Counted from the first letter of the stretch, positions 22,726 to 35,587 are shown. The stretch is DNA of 64,000 bases from Candidatus Bathyarchaeota archaeon (GCA_963720565.1 CAVRFW010000007.1:1-64000); one strand, 5' to 3'. The notes: generated by a model from the letters alone, not told the origin. A program made the numbers and translations.

Positions 22726-23778
22726 CTACGTCAATACAGATTCCACATTTAGGTTAAGCACAACCTCTGATATGTCACTTGCATATTCCGCTGTTCTTCT
22801 TATGCTTTCAATAAGCAACCTCAAACTGGGGATTTGGTCCACGCTGACATCTTGAGAAGATACGACTGCGTCTTTTTCTAGCTTGTGTATTTGGCCAAGC
22901 TTTTCAATTACTTTCTCAGCCAAATTGTAGTCGTGTCTGAACAAGGCTTCCACCGAGCTTTCAAACATGGAAATAGCCAGGTTGCTCAGTTTTTCTGTCC
23001 TTTCAAGAAGTTCCGGCTTTATCGGATCTTTGAGCGTCAACATGTTTTTGGCGATGTTTGTGGCGTGATCGGCTGTCCTCTCAACTGATTTTGCTATTAG
23101 TCTATACCCTATGCATTCCCGCTGGTTGCTTAAGCCAATTTCCTTAACGGTCTTGATATTGGTGACTGCCATCTTCAGCAGTCTCACGATGTACAAGCTG
23201 AATCGATTGACTTCTTGATCCGTTTCAACCACAGCTTTGGCCGCAGAATAGTCCAGATTGGCGTAGACATCGCAACTGCCTCCTTGTGCATCGACGCTGC
23301 AATTATTGACATTCTTCGCAGTGCACTCTGAACACTGAGGTCCTGGTAATTGAGCAAGATCTGAAGCGTCAGTTCCGTCGGAGAATCAGTTACAATTTCT
23401 GTTCCGACCAGGTAGTTTCTAGCGAATCTCTTCAGGTAATTTCTTAATCCCACAGGAAACGATTGTTGACCCTGAGCTCTTATGTGAAGTATGCTGTAAC
23501 CAACCAGATATGCTGAAATTGCCTTTCTCATGACAGCGTCTGGATTGTCATTGGGTGATACCCGAATCAATGCTTCACTCTTTCTTTCCGGTTTTTCATG
23601 CTTCGAAGGGTTTATTGATAGTGATCCGTCGTCTTCTTCGTTGATGATTATGGAGCTTCCCTTTTTGAGTTGGTTCCTGAGTTACCCATTCCTTGGGCAG
23701 AGAAAGAATATAGGTAGACCCGCCGGTCACCTGAAGCTTCCTCTGCTCTTCAAGTCTCTTTTCGTCTACTTTTGCCAA
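22726..23778 (-). CDS. Archaeal phosphate uptake regulator (AbrB + PhoU domains; frameshifted)
   Basis: RKLQVTGGSTYILSLPKEW, ISAYLVGY, ERTADHA, IRRTAEYASDISE. Confidence 0.92.
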
Positions 23779-23842
23779 ATCAAATCACTGCCCGTTTTGC
23801 CTCTTGAATTCAACTAATCGCGTTTTGGCAAATATTGTTGAC

Positions 23843-23882
23843 CTATATATAATATATAGATTATGATTGACTATATATTCTA
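23843..23882. promoter_or_regulatory. Palindrome CTATATAT-A-ATATATAG plus a further CTATATAT repeat, candidate phosphate-regulon operator
   Basis: Located in the divergent regulator/pstS intergenic region. Confidence 0.5.
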
Positions 23883-23947
23883 TTTGGACAATCTAAATAA
23901 TCTCTATTGCCCTACTTCAACTGAAAATAAATAATGGAGAGAAAAAC

Positions 23948-24823
23948 ATGGACATGAAAATATCGGCAGTATTTCTCATAATCGGTCTACTAGATAGGAA
24001 TCGCTGTAGGCTACGTAGCAGCACCACGAACTGGAGCAACAACAGGAACCGAACTCACCGGCACCATCGTCGTGAAAGGCTCCGACACGCTACTCATAGT
24101 CGCTCAAAGATGGGCAGAAGAATTCATTACTCTACATCCGAAAGTCAACATCCAAGTCGCAGGAGGAGGAACAGGAACAGGCTTCACAGCACTGAAGGAC
24201 AAAACAACAGACATCGCAGATGCATCCAGAGAAATCAAAACCTCAGAAGTAGAATCCTGCAAAGCAGCCGGAGTAAACCCAGTAGAATGGACAGTCGGTC
24301 TTGATGGAATATCAATCGTTGTACACCCAAACAATCCAGTAACCAGCCTCTCAACGACACAGCTTGAAATGATCTACAACGGAACCTACACTAACTGGTC
24401 AGAAGTCGGCGGAAACAACGCCCCCATAGTGACTTACGGCAGACAAAGCACATCAGGAACCTACGATTTCTTCCGCGAACACGTCTTGCACAACAGAGAC
24501 TTCAGAGCAGACAACCGCGAACTCGCAGGCAACGCAGAAATCGTCCAGTCAGTACAAGGCGACGCAAACGGCATAGGCTATGTCGGCGTGGCTTACACGA
24601 AACAGGGAGTGGACGTGAAGATCTTGGGAATATCATCAACGTCAACAACTATCTACCAACCCACAATCGCAAACATCAAGAGCGGAGCATACCCCATAGC
24701 CACGAAAACTCTACATCTACACCGACAGCGAACAATCAGATCTGCTAGAGCAGTACGTTGCGTTCATCCTTGGACCACAAGGGCAAGAAATACTCGAAGA
24801 AGTAGGCTACATTTCCACAATAA
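23948..24823 (+). CDS. pstS: Phosphate ABC transporter substrate-binding protein (frameshifted)
   Basis: KGSDT, GGGTGTG, DIADASR, RQSTSGTYDFF, GIGYVG. Confidence 0.93.
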
Positions 24824-24884
24824 AACTGGAAAAGTAGAATTCAAAACTCTTTTCTTTATACAAGTTACAAGAAAATCAACTTAG

Positions 24885-25813
24885 TTGAAGAAGTGAGGCA
24901 AGAACGGAAGAAAAAGCACCTGAACAAAAGGGTAAACAGAAAATTACTGAGAAAATCACAGAGAAAGCCCTTTTCTTCTGTGCCTTGTTCTCTGTAGTAG
25001 TTGTGATTCTAATCTTTGGATTTCTTTTCAGCCAAGGATTCCCTATGTTCGGCTCAGTATCACCAATAGAATTTCTGCTCGGTACAAGTTGGCAACCAAC
25101 CAGCGTGGTGGCAAGAACGTTTGGTGCATTACCCCTAATCTATGGAACTATGCTAGTTACGTCTTTGGCAATGATTATCGCTGTTCCAGTAGGAATGATC
25201 ATTGCCATCTACATTGGAGAGGTCTCGCAGCCCTGTAGAAAAAGAAGTCTTGAAACCAACTATCGAGCTAATAGCCGGAATTCCCTCGGTTATTTTCGGA
25301 TTCTTCGCTCTAGTCACCCTTGCATCTATAATCCAGCAACTTACAGGAACAACTTCCAGACTTAATGCCCTAAACGGAGGCATAATACTAGCAATTATGG
25401 CAATACCAACGATTGTGAGCATGGCAGAGGATGCAATAACCTCGGTGCCAAAAGAATATCGAGAGGCGTCAATAGCACTGGGAGCTACAAAATGGGAAAC
25501 AATCCGTTCAGTAGTCTTGCCCGCCTCTGCCTCAGGAATACTGGCAGCGATACTTCTCGGATTCGGCCGCGCCATAGGCGAGACAATGGCTGTTCTGATG
25601 GCAACCGGAAATGCCGCAACAATCAACCTCAACATCTTGGATTCTGTGCGAACAATGACCGCGACAATAGTCATCGAGACTCCTGAAGTGGCATTCGGAA
25701 GCCTGCACTACCAGTCGCTCTTTGCGTTGGCAATTGTATTGTTTGCAATCACTTTCGGATTCAACTATCTTGGCGGAGTCGTTCTGAAACGTCTCAGGAG
25801 GCAAGGCAGATGA
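24885..25813 (+). CDS. pstC: Phosphate ABC transporter permease (frameshifted; start approximate)
   Basis: FGALPLIYGT, ELIAGIPSVIFG, EASIALGATKWET, GRAIGETMAV. Confidence 0.93.
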
Positions 25814-26665
25814 ACATGAAACTCCTGAAACAGAAAATATACTTCAACTTCTTCAGAATAATTACAGCCATTGTTGTCGCCTTCCTAGTCTACATGATCG
25901 GGACATTTGTTTACAATGGAATTGGAGTAATAGACTGGACTTTCCTGACGGATATACCCCGGAAAGGAATGACGGAAGGCGGCATATTCCCTGCTATTGT
26001 TGGCACGTTATATCTGACTTTGGCGACGATGGCTTTTGCCTTGCCAATTGGAATTGCGGCTGCAGTTTATCTTGTCGAATATGCAAGAGAAGGTCGCATT
26101 GTTGGAGCAATTAACTCTGCGATAGTTAACCTGGCGGGAGTTCCTTCAATCATCTACGGTCTTTTTGGCTTTGGACTGTTTGTTGTCTTCCTGGGTTTGG
26201 GGACATCTATACTTGCGGGTGCCCTGACAATGTCTTTGTTGGTATTGCCGATTGTTATTGCTGCAACCAGGGAAGCTTTGGTAAGTGTGCCGAAATCTTT
26301 CCGCGAAGGCTCACTAGCACTGGGCGCAACAAAATGGCAAACGACAAGGAACAACGTCCTGCCATACGCCTTGCCTGGAATGCTTACCGGAATAATATTA
26401 GCGGTTGCGAGAGCTGCTGGCGAAACAGCACCCATAATCACGACAGCAGCATTTTTTTTCAGCCCAAATATTCCCACGTTCGCCTCTGCAAGGCACAATG
26501 GCTCTCTCAACTCACATTTATTACATGGCAACACAACACCCGAACATCACTCTCGTCAGACCAATAACCTATGGAACAGCATTAGTGCTTCTCGCAATGG
26601 TTCTATTATTGAACTTGATTGCCATAGTCATTAGAACAAGATACAGAAGAAGGAGGAACTGGTAG
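25810..26665 (+). CDS. pstA: Phosphate ABC transporter permease (frameshifted)
   Basis: GGIFPAIVGT, LAGVPSIIYGLFG, REGSLALGATKWQT, RAAGETAP. Confidence 0.94.
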
Positions 26666-26666
26666 A

Positions 26667-27424
26667 ATGTCACTTCGAATGGAAACTCGCTCTTTAAGTG
26701 TGTCTTTCGGTACGACGCAGGCGATAAAAGATATCTCACTGCAAGTTCTCGCAAACAAGGTGACCGCCGTAATCGGTCCTTCAGGATGCGGAAAATCAAC
26801 CTTCATCAAAAGCTTGAACAGAATGAACGAAATCGTTGGAAAAGCCACAACAACCGGCTCGGTCCTCTTGGATGGACAAAACATCTACGACAAAGACTAT
26901 GACGTCGTCGGTCTGCGAAGAAAAGTAGGTATGATTTTCCAGAAGCCAAACCCCTTTCCTAAATCAATATACGACAATGTAGCTTACGGTCCAAGAATCC
27001 ATGGCACTCGCCAAAAAACCAGTTCTGGACAAAATAGTTGAGGAAAACTTGAAGAAAGCCACACTTGTGGGATGAAGTCTCTGACAGAATAAACACTTCT
27101 GCCTTGGACCTCTCAGGCGGACAACAACAGAGACTTTGCATAGCCCGAGCTTTGGCAGTTGACCCGGAAGTTATTCTAATGGATGAGCCATGCTCTGCAC
27201 TTGACCCGATTGCCACTGCAAAAATCGAAAGCTTAATTCGCAAGCTTTCTGAGGAGTACACTGTGGTCATAGTTACTCATAATATGCAGCAAGCTGCCAG
27301 AGTCTCTGATTTCACTGCCTTTTTCTACTTGGGAAAGCTTGTTGAATACGGAGTAACAAAAGACGTGTTTGAGAATCCCAAGAGTCCATTAACTGAAAAA
27401 TACATAACTGGAGAATTTGGATAG
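26667..27424 (+). CDS. pstB: Phosphate ABC transporter ATP-binding protein (frameshifted)
   Basis: [52 protein letters not shown]. Confidence 0.96.
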
Positions 27425-27434
27425 GTGAAAAAGA

Positions 27435-28084
27435 ATGAGTAGAATAATAGACACAGGATTAGAAGAGCTTTCTGTAATACTCTGCAGACTTGGGAACTGC
27501 TTCATTCGAAGCTGTCTCGCTTGCACTCAGAAGTTGCTTGACAGGGCATGACAACTATGACCGAATATAGCGATTTATCGGAGGCGATATCTTCGATGGC
27601 CGAAAAGGCAGAAAACAAAGCCTTCGAGCTTATCGCCAGATTTCAACCCGTCGCCTCTGATCTTAGAGTGATAAAATCCTACATGAAAATCTCAAATGAC
27701 TTTGCACGGTATGGTCGCTACGCTCATGGACATATCTTACATCTGCAAACGAATGGGAAGCCTGCACGAATGCGAAGAATGGATAAGTGAGCTACGTCGG
27801 GAACATGAGCGAAAAAGTTTGGAAATGGTTCAAATAAGCATCAACGCACTCAAAGATCATGACGTTGAGCTTGCCAGAAGCATTTCAAACATCGAGAACG
27901 GAAGTTGATCAAAGATTACTTTAATTTTCTCGAAGAATTGGTGAAGAAGGCTTCAACGACAAACAAATGCACGATAGCCAGCGTTTTGGTTGTCAGGTAT
28001 CTAGAAAGGATAGCTGACCACGCTGTTTACGTTTGTGAGTCGCTGGTCTATGTTGTGAGTGGCGAGAAAGTCTCGCTCGGATAG
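27435..28084 (+). CDS. phoU: Phosphate signalling protein PhoU (frameshifted)
   Basis: IARFQPVASDLR, RYLERIADHA. Confidence 0.9.
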
Positions 28085-28101
28085 TAATGGAGGAACAAAA
28101 A

Positions 28102-28775
28102 ATGGCAAAGAAAGAGTTTTGGATGGTTCGAGGATAGAAACAGAATAGAAGTGATGAATCTAGCGCAAAAACAGATAGAGAAATCCCTTGGTACAGTGGT
28201 GCTCCTGAAAGGAAGCAATTAGTTCACGTGATACAGAAAGACTTGGAAAAAGCGCGGAGATAGCATTGAAAAGCTCTTCTTGGAAGAAGAGGAAGTTGAT
28301 GAATTGCGCCGATCTGTTTTCAGAAAAATGACAAACACAGCTATTTCGATAGAGTTTCGTGAGGATTTCATGCACTTGGTGAAACGACTTGACGTTATGG
28401 CAGACCACGTAAAAGATGCTGCTCGGTGTGTATCTGCTTCTGCTTGAAAGAAAAGTGCCTGAAGGAATTGTGGAAGGCGTACTTTGAAATGGCAGAAGAT
28501 ACGGTGCGAAGCTCTGACGCGCTGCGTGCACAGCTATAGAACAATTGAGTTCAAATGTTGATACAGCGGTACAAAAGACTAAAGAAATAGAACAATACGA
28601 AAGCCAAATTGACAAGCAACACTTTGAAATCAGAAAATCTTTCCCAAGATACGTAGACCAGATTGACCCAAGCACGCTCCTTCTACTCAATGAGCTGGCA
28701 GGGTACATAGAAGAAGCCTCAGATGTGTGCGCTGATACAGCAGACTATATTTCGATGTTGGCTGGCGAAAAATGA
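28102..28775 (+). CDS. DUF47/PhoU-like phosphate transport regulator (frameshifted)
   Basis: EEEVDELRR, REDFMHLVKRLDVMADH, IEEASDVCADTAD. Confidence 0.8.
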
Positions 28776-29193
28776 GCTCACGGTAAAATCATGCAGAAAT
28801 TGGCAAGTCTGAGCTGGAGAACCTTTTTCCCCTAAAACGAAGATTCGACGCGGTCACGAAAAGAAAATAGGCATTGATTCCAGCCTAACGCGTGTAACAA
28901 CTTAGAGCGTGTGAAGTATGCTGAACGGTTCGCTTCTTCCTATTTTGAATCCTGAAAAAGTCTAACGTGTTTGTTTTTGACGTTCCCATTCAGCTGAATG
29001 CTGTTTTCGGTAACAGGGTATTTCATGTTCGAACAGAGGGATTTTTTTCATTATTTCGAAGCTCTGTTCCAGATGATTAGCCGGGAACTAATAAAACACT
29101 TTCGCTTTGGTCTGGGTTCGCGAGAGGGATAATAGAAAATTCGGAAGGCCGACCAGGATCTTGAATCTAAGCGTGTAGACCCTATATCGAAGT

Positions 29194-29318
29194 TCAAACA
29201 GTAACCAGATTCATTGGTTTGCCATAACATACGAGGGTTCCGAATCCGGTTTCTACAACCTTGACTCTGTTTCCGCAGGTCTTGCAGTATTATACTTCAT
29301 AAAGTTCAGTGACGATTC
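29194..29318 (-). pseudogene. Desulforedoxin-like FeS4 domain remnant
   Basis: VTELYEV*YCKTCGNRVKVVETGFGTLVCYGKPMNLV; in-frame stop, CC changed to CY, no start. Confidence 0.6.
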
Positions 29319-29351
29319 TTGGCGCGCTGTATGAGAGAGGGCTATCAATTG

Positions 29352-30728
29352 TCAGTCCCGGTTGTAGTTTTTGAGGTTTTCAATTTTGTGTATTTCTATT
29401 AGGTTGCTGGCGTGTTTTGTGAGAGTTCTGAAGGCGGCTGTGAAGAGCACGGTGTCATCGTCGTTGATTAGGTTCATTGAGTAGAGGTTTTTCGCGGTGC
29501 ATAGGATGTGATCTGTTTGTTTTTGGTAGTCTATCTTGGCTGGGTACACTCCGAAGGCGAGTTCGAGCTGTCTTTTCACTTTCTCGTCTGGGGTGACTGC
29601 GATTATGGGTTGGGAAATCTTGAACCTTGCGATCATTCGTGCGGTGTATCCTGATCTGGTTAGCGTGACTACTTTGGTTATGGGCATGGTTAGGCATATT
29701 TTCTGGACTGCTTTGCTTATTGTGTCCGATATGTTGATGAATCCTTCTTCTTCGACGTTGCATTTTGGCGGCTTTTTCGTTTTCTGCTGCGATTCTTGCC
29801 ATCATTGCGACGGATTCTACGGGGTATTCACCGACGGCTGTTTCTCCAGAAAGCATGGTTGCGTCTGTTCCGTCCAGTATCGCGTTGGCTACGTCGCTTA
29901 CTTCGGCCCTTGTAGGTAATGGTTCATGAATCATTGATTCGAGCATTTCTGTCGCGGTGACTACGGGTTTTCCCTTCTGGTTGCAGAGTCTGATCAGGGA
30001 TTTCTGGATTAGAGGCACCTTTTCGGGTGGGATTTCGACGCCTAAGTCGCCTCTTGCAACCATTAATCCGTCTGCTGCGTGAGGATTTCTTCGGCGTTTT
30101 TGACGCCTTCAGAGTTCTCGATCTTGGCGATTATTGCGCCTTCAAAATTGCCGGCTTGAATCAAGTTCTCAATGTCCTGCGCGTTTCTTGTGAACGAGAG
30201 CGCAATGTATTCGGCGTCGTGTTTTTCCGCAAACCGTATGATCTCCACGTCTTTGCTGGGGATGGTGGGGACTGAAAGATGCTTCTTTGGGATGTTGACT
30301 CCCTTTCCGTCTTCTATGGTGCCGCCGTCTAGGGTTAGCAGATGGAGTCTTCGGGTTTTCTTTTCGATGATGCGTGTTCTGATTTTTCCATTGTCAATGT
30401 AGACTTCGTCGTTAACTTCCATCTGGTCATAGAAGTCGTGGTTGAAGGAGATTTCTTCTTTGCCGAAACCTATTTCGAGAATTTCGTCTTTGTCAAGGAC
30501 TCTTCGTTTTTTAGCCCTGATTCTGATCTCCGGTCCCTTAATGTCAATTATTACTGGAATATCCCCGATTTCCCTAACTGTTTCGATTATTGACTTGTAT
30601 GTGGCGAGATTTCCGTAGGCAGTGTTTATCCTGACCCCGTTCATGCCTGCCTTATACATTTTTTCAATTATTTGCTTAGAAGAACTAGCAGGGCCCACAG
30701 TGCATATGATCTTGGTTTTCTTCAACAA
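29352..30728 (-). CDS. pyk: Pyruvate kinase (frameshifted)
   Basis: [57 protein letters not shown]. Confidence 0.96.
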
Positions 30729-31003
30729 AACTGCCCCTCACAAATGTTAAGTAACAATCATTTCTAAGTTAAGGTTAACGCCTGAACTGACTTCTCGCAC
30801 TCGATCTGTGCGTTAAACCTCAGCGAGAATCAACAGTCCAATTCTTAAACATTAGGTGGCGAGTGTCCAAAAAGCGCGCTTCGGAAAGAATAATAAGCCC
30901 TTTCTTTAGATGGGTAGGGTTAAACTGACTGTGACAAGGCTAAGAGTATGTCTCCCATCGGTCTACCTCCAATCTAATAATACCCATTTTAAGAGGCAAC
31001 TTT

Positions 31004-33803
31004 ATGTCGTATGGGAAAGCCGCTCTAGCAAACATCGAAGATCTCTTCAAAGAACTTCAAACTGGACCTGAGGGTCTTTCAGATGAAGAGGCGAAACGTC
31101 GCCTCCTGAAAATGGGTCTTAACGTCCTTCCAAAGTCCAAGAAAGTCAGCATAGCTAGGAAGATTGCTTTACAATTAAAGAACATGTTCAATCTTCTTCT
31201 ATTGGTCGCTTCGTTCCTCTCGTTTCTAAGCGGCTTCATATCCAATGATCCATCCTCAATTCAGATGGGTCTTGCGATACTTGTAGCAGTTGTCATAAAC
31301 ATAGTCTTCAGTCTTTTTCAAGAATACAGGGCTGAAAGGGCTGTGCAGGTGATAAAAAACCTCATCCCCACCAAGACAAAAGCCATCAGAAACGGTCAAA
31401 TGAAAGAAATAGCCGTGACAGATGCGGTTCCCGGCGATATTTTGGCTTTTGAAGAGGGGGATAGAGTGCCTGCAGACCTGCGGTTAATCAGCGCATTTGA
31501 GGTTTCCGTTGACAACTCTATTCTCACTGGAGAATCCGAGCCTCAGAGACGATTTGCCACGATGTCTCCAGATGTGGAGACAGACACCCCCTATGAAGTG
31601 CACAACATTCTCTTTGCTGGAACAACCATAGTTTCAGGAGTTGCCAGGGGTGTTGTCCTTTCAACAGCAAAGAATACCGAGTTCGGGAGAATTGTTTCCC
31701 TATCCGGCGAAGCTCATGAACCTATGAGCTCACTTGAGAGAGACATAAACCATACTGCTAGACTGAATTTCCTGCTGGCGATTGGTGTGAGTCTAATCTT
31801 CTTTTCGGCAGCTCTGCTTTTTGTTGGGCTAAACCTCGCTACGAGTATATTGTTCGCAGTTGGCGTGATGATATGCCTAGTGCCGGAGGGCTTCCAGCTG
31901 ACTGTCTCTCTTTCTCTAGCTCTGACTGCTCGTAAGATGGCTGAGAGAAATGTTGTCGTGAAACGACTTTCCTCCGTTGAAACGGCTGGATCAATGACCG
32001 TGCTATGTGTAGACAAGACGGGCACGATTACGAGTGGAGAGATGATGGTGAAGAAACTCTGGGCTGCAGGCAAGATTTTTGAAGTCATTGGCGACGGATA
32101 TAGTCCAGATGGCCACATCACCTTCAACGGCAGAAAGATCGATCGCAGTGAGAACTCAGCCGTCTCTAAGCTTTTGGAGGTTAGTGCTTTCTGCAACAAT
32201 GCCAAGCTGAACGCTCCTTCGGACAGAATTGGCAGATGGACGGTTTTGGGAGATCACACTGATGGAGCTTTTCTCGTGTTCGCGGGAAAGGGGGATTTCA
32301 ACGTTAGCAAAGCTCTAGCGGAGAATCAAAGAGTTAACCTGATTCCTTTTGATTCCAAGAGGCGAATGATGACGAGTATTCACAGAGATCCGAAGGGAGA
32401 GTCAACCGCGTTCACCAAGGGTGCTGGCTCGGAAGTTCTCAAACGATGTACCCGTGTTTTCTATGACAATGAATACATCCTTCTGACAGACGAGACCAAG
32501 AAGGCCATAAAAAAACAGATGAACGATTTTGCTTCAGAGGGCTTTCGAGTTCTCGCAATGGCAAAAAAGACTTTCTCAAATGAACCTGAAAACCTATCCC
32601 AAGATGTCGAAGAAAACATGACCTTTCTGGGTTTGGCAGCATTGCTGGATCCGCCTAGACCAAAGGTAGAAGCAGCGGTTCAAGAAGCCAAGAATGCAGG
32701 TGTAAGAGTCATTATGCTGACCGGTGATCACGAGCTTACTGCCTATTCCATAGCAAAAAAAGTGGGCATCATAACAGCAGAGGACCAGAAAGTCTTCACT
32801 GGAAAAGAAATCAGCCAGATGAATGACAAACACTTGACAGACATCCTTGTTAGAGGCGAGTCCGTGTTTGCGAGGATAGCACCCGAACAGAAGCTGAGGA
32901 TAGTACACGTCCTGAAATCCATGGGTGAAGTAGTGGCAGTGACAGGAGATGGCGTGAATGACTCCCCCGCGCTTACGGAAGCAAACGTTGGCATAGCAAT
33001 GGGAGCAGGTGGAACCGACGTGGCACGAGAATCCGCCGACTTAATCCTCCTAGACAATGATTTTACATCGATAGTCGAAGGGATTAGGTTGGGAAGGTCA
33101 ACGTTCGACAACCTGAGGAAATTCGTCTCCTATGTCTACACTCACAACTGGGCTGAACTAGTCGCGTTCCTCGTCTTTGTACTGCTTAAAACTCCGCTTC
33201 CGCTGCTTGTGATCCAGGTGCTAGCGATAGACCTCGCGATGGATGTACTCCCTTCCCTTGCCCTGATATTGGAGCCTCCTGAACCCGATGTTATGATGAA
33301 ACCTCCGCGGAAGACGGACACGAGACTGATCAATGTTTCGACTCTGCTCAGGGGTCTCTACATAGGCGTGTTCGCAGCGGTTGTTGCGATCTACTTGGCC
33401 TTCAATGTTTGGGGGAGTTCAGGGTGGGTGTTGGGCCAGAGCACCGTGAGTGATGCAGTGATATACGCTAGAGGTACGACGGTTGTCATGACGGGAATAA
33501 TGGTGGGACAGCTTGGGAACCTCTTTTCCGCACGAACGAGTTCAATATCAGCATTTAAGCTGAACCTGTTTAGAAACCGATGGATTCTTCCTGGCGTACT
33601 GGCTACGTTCGCTATATTGGCAGCAATAGTGTATGTACCTTTCTTCCAGCCGTTATTCGGCACTGCCCCACTGCTTCCGCATGGACCTACTTTTCCTTCT
33701 TCTAATAGCTCCCGCGGTTCTTGTGATGGAGGAGCTAAGAAAGATGCTGAAACGTAAACTGTTACCTGTGTCGTGCGCCAACCTTCAAATACCCAATCAA
33801 TGA
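31004..33803 (+). CDS. Cation-transporting P-type ATPase, P2 type (frameshift near 33690)
   Basis: LTGES, VPEG, DKTGT, KGA, DPPR, MLTGDH, TGDGVND. Confidence 0.95.
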
Positions 33804-34018
33804 AAAAAGTGGAGAGCGCACAAGGTGCTGAGGCAAAAGAGCACGTTGTTGATTTTTGATTTTCATGCAGTTTCAATTAAACATTTGTCCAGTATTATAA
33901 GAGAAAGACTTTTATTCGGTTAGAATATAACTAACTAAAAGAACACATAGCCACAATATTAGGAGTATATTGCAAAAATGATGAGTTTTAAGTTCGAATT
34001 GGTCCGCGGCGATTCCCC

Positions 34019-34687
34019 ATGAAGGTCGCAGCCTTATGGACTGGAGGAAAAGACTCCTCTTTAGCCTGCTACAAAGCCTTGAAAGAAAAATTTGATGTAG
34101 CCTTCGTCATGACCTTCATCTGGGATCAACCACCACCATCACATCCTTTACCCATGATCAAACTTCAATCCGAAGCTCTCCAAATCCCATTCTATTGGCA
34201 AAGAGCATCCCCCCCATATTTCAAAGACTACAAACAAGCCATCCTGGAACTCAAAGAAGACTACGGTATCGAAGGAGTCGTTACCGGCGACATTTCCCGC
34301 GTCGACAGCTTCCATGGCAACTGGATAGACGACGTCTGCAAAGGCACAGGCATCAAAGTAATCAAACCGCTCTGGGAACTAGAGCGCCTTAGAATAGTTG
34401 AAGATCTTTTAAGAAGCGGTTTCAAAGTCATCTTCACCTGCGTCAAAAAACCTTGGTTTAATGAAGATTGGCTGGGAAGAGAAATCGATTCTCAAACCGT
34501 TGAAGAACTAAAAGTTCTCAGCAAAGAAACTGGGATGGACATCTGCGGCGAGAATGGGGAATATCATACAATGACTGTGGACGCGCCCTTCTATAAGAAA
34601 ACCATCAACGTTTCCAAGTTTGAGACGGAAAAAATAAACAATTCATACATCATGAAACCTGTGGATCTTTCACTTACTCAGAAATGA
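34019..34687 (+). CDS. Diphthine-ammonia ligase (Dph6) family protein
   Basis: TGGKDS, GVVTGDI, PLW, DICGENGEYHT. Confidence 0.9.
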   Translation: MKVAALWTGGKDSSLACYKALKEKFDVAFVMTFIWDQPPPSHPLPMIKLQSEALQIPFYWQRASPPYFKDYKQAILELKEDYGIEGVVTGDISRVDSFHGNWIDDVCKGTGIKVIKPLWELERLRIVEDLLRSGFKVIFTCVKKPWFNEDWLGREIDSQTVEELKVLSKETGMDICGENGEYHTMTVDAPFYKKTINVSKFETEKINNSYIMKPVDLSLTQK

Positions 34688-34709
34688 AAGGAGGTGAAGA
34701 CGACTGCAA

Positions 34710-34958
34710 ATGGAAAGTTGTAGGGACTGCGCAAACTTCGAAGATCGCAGGGACAAAGAAGGAGTCGCGCTTTGTGCCATGCACCACGGGCCATCGGTGT
34801 GCTGCCAAGAGTTCAAGCCTAGAAACGCAAGCGTGAACCCAGACAACGTTCATGAGCGATTTTGCCTTAACTGCGCCAACTATGATATAGTAGCAGGCGT
34901 CCCCGTCTGCGCCAGGGACCACAGACCTGGGCGTGCTTGCGGTGCTTTCAGAAGCTGA
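34710..34958 (+). CDS. Small Cys-rich metal-binding protein with a duplicated CxxCAN(F/Y) module
   Basis: CRDCANF..C..CCQEF and CLNCANY..C..CGAF; GGAGGTGA RBS. Confidence 0.75.
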   Translation: MESCRDCANFEDRRDKEGVALCAMHHGPSVCCQEFKPRNASVNPDNVHERFCLNCANYDIVAGVPVCARDHRPGRACGAFRS

Positions 34959-35077
34959 ATAGAGAAAATAGTCGCTTCGTCATAACACATGTTTGCACAG
35001 TCAGACGATGACGGGCGAGGGTTATGCGTCTCGGTCGGTGGGAAGGGTTAGTGTGCGCTTCCGCGGTAATGCTGTTT

Positions 35078-35587
35078 TTAGGAAGTTTCGTAGCCTGCTG
35101 CCTTAAGCTCCTTGAGTATTTCCGCTCTAATCTCATCCAATGAATCTTTAAAACTCAGGTAAACGATGCCCTGCATATCCGAAGGTTGTTCAACGGGTTT
35201 CTTGAGCAAACAGGCAATCCTGTTACGACCCAGCTTTCCCACAAAAAACCCGAATTCAAGAATCACGTTCTGTCTGGGGCGGGGATAGGCGGTTTTCAAA
35301 AACTTTCTAAGCCTCTGAGGCCTCGACCAAATGCTACCCATTTCAACAAAACCGCCTAAGTCGTCAGGAGTTAGAATGACAAATACGAAACCGACATCCG
35401 AGTAAGCCTCAAGCTTCTCGATCACCGTCTTGCCTCCGCTTGGCTGTTCGCTGAGAACGACAGGTGTTAGACCAAAATCAACAAGCATAGTCTTGAGCTC
35501 ATTTAACGGCTTCAGGTCTTTTCCGTGAGCAATAAAAATCTCTTTCTTCAGAGCTATCGACTTTTTTGGGTCGGTTTCACTTTGCAT
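35078..35587 (-). CDS. Stand-alone TIR-like nucleotide-binding protein (Cap12/Pycsar-type TIR)
   Basis: IFIAHGKD, TVIEKLE, FVILTPDD, RPRQNVILEFGFFVGKLGR, PSDMQGIVY. Confidence 0.88.
   Translation of the reverse strand: MQSETDPKKSIALKKEIFIAHGKDLKPLNELKTMLVDFGLTPVVLSEQPSGGKTVIEKLEAYSDVGFVFVILTPDDLGGFVEMGSIWSRPQRLRKFLKTAYPRPRQNVILEFGFFVGKLGRNRIACLLKKPVEQPSDMQGIVYLSFKDSLDEIRAEILKELKAAGYETS

Noticed and set aside
28800..29190. Possible recombinase remnant or GAACAGAG/CTCTGTTC hairpin downstream of the pst operon
   Set aside because: No convincing catalytic motifs; an 8-bp arm pair with a long AT-rich loop is compatible with chance.
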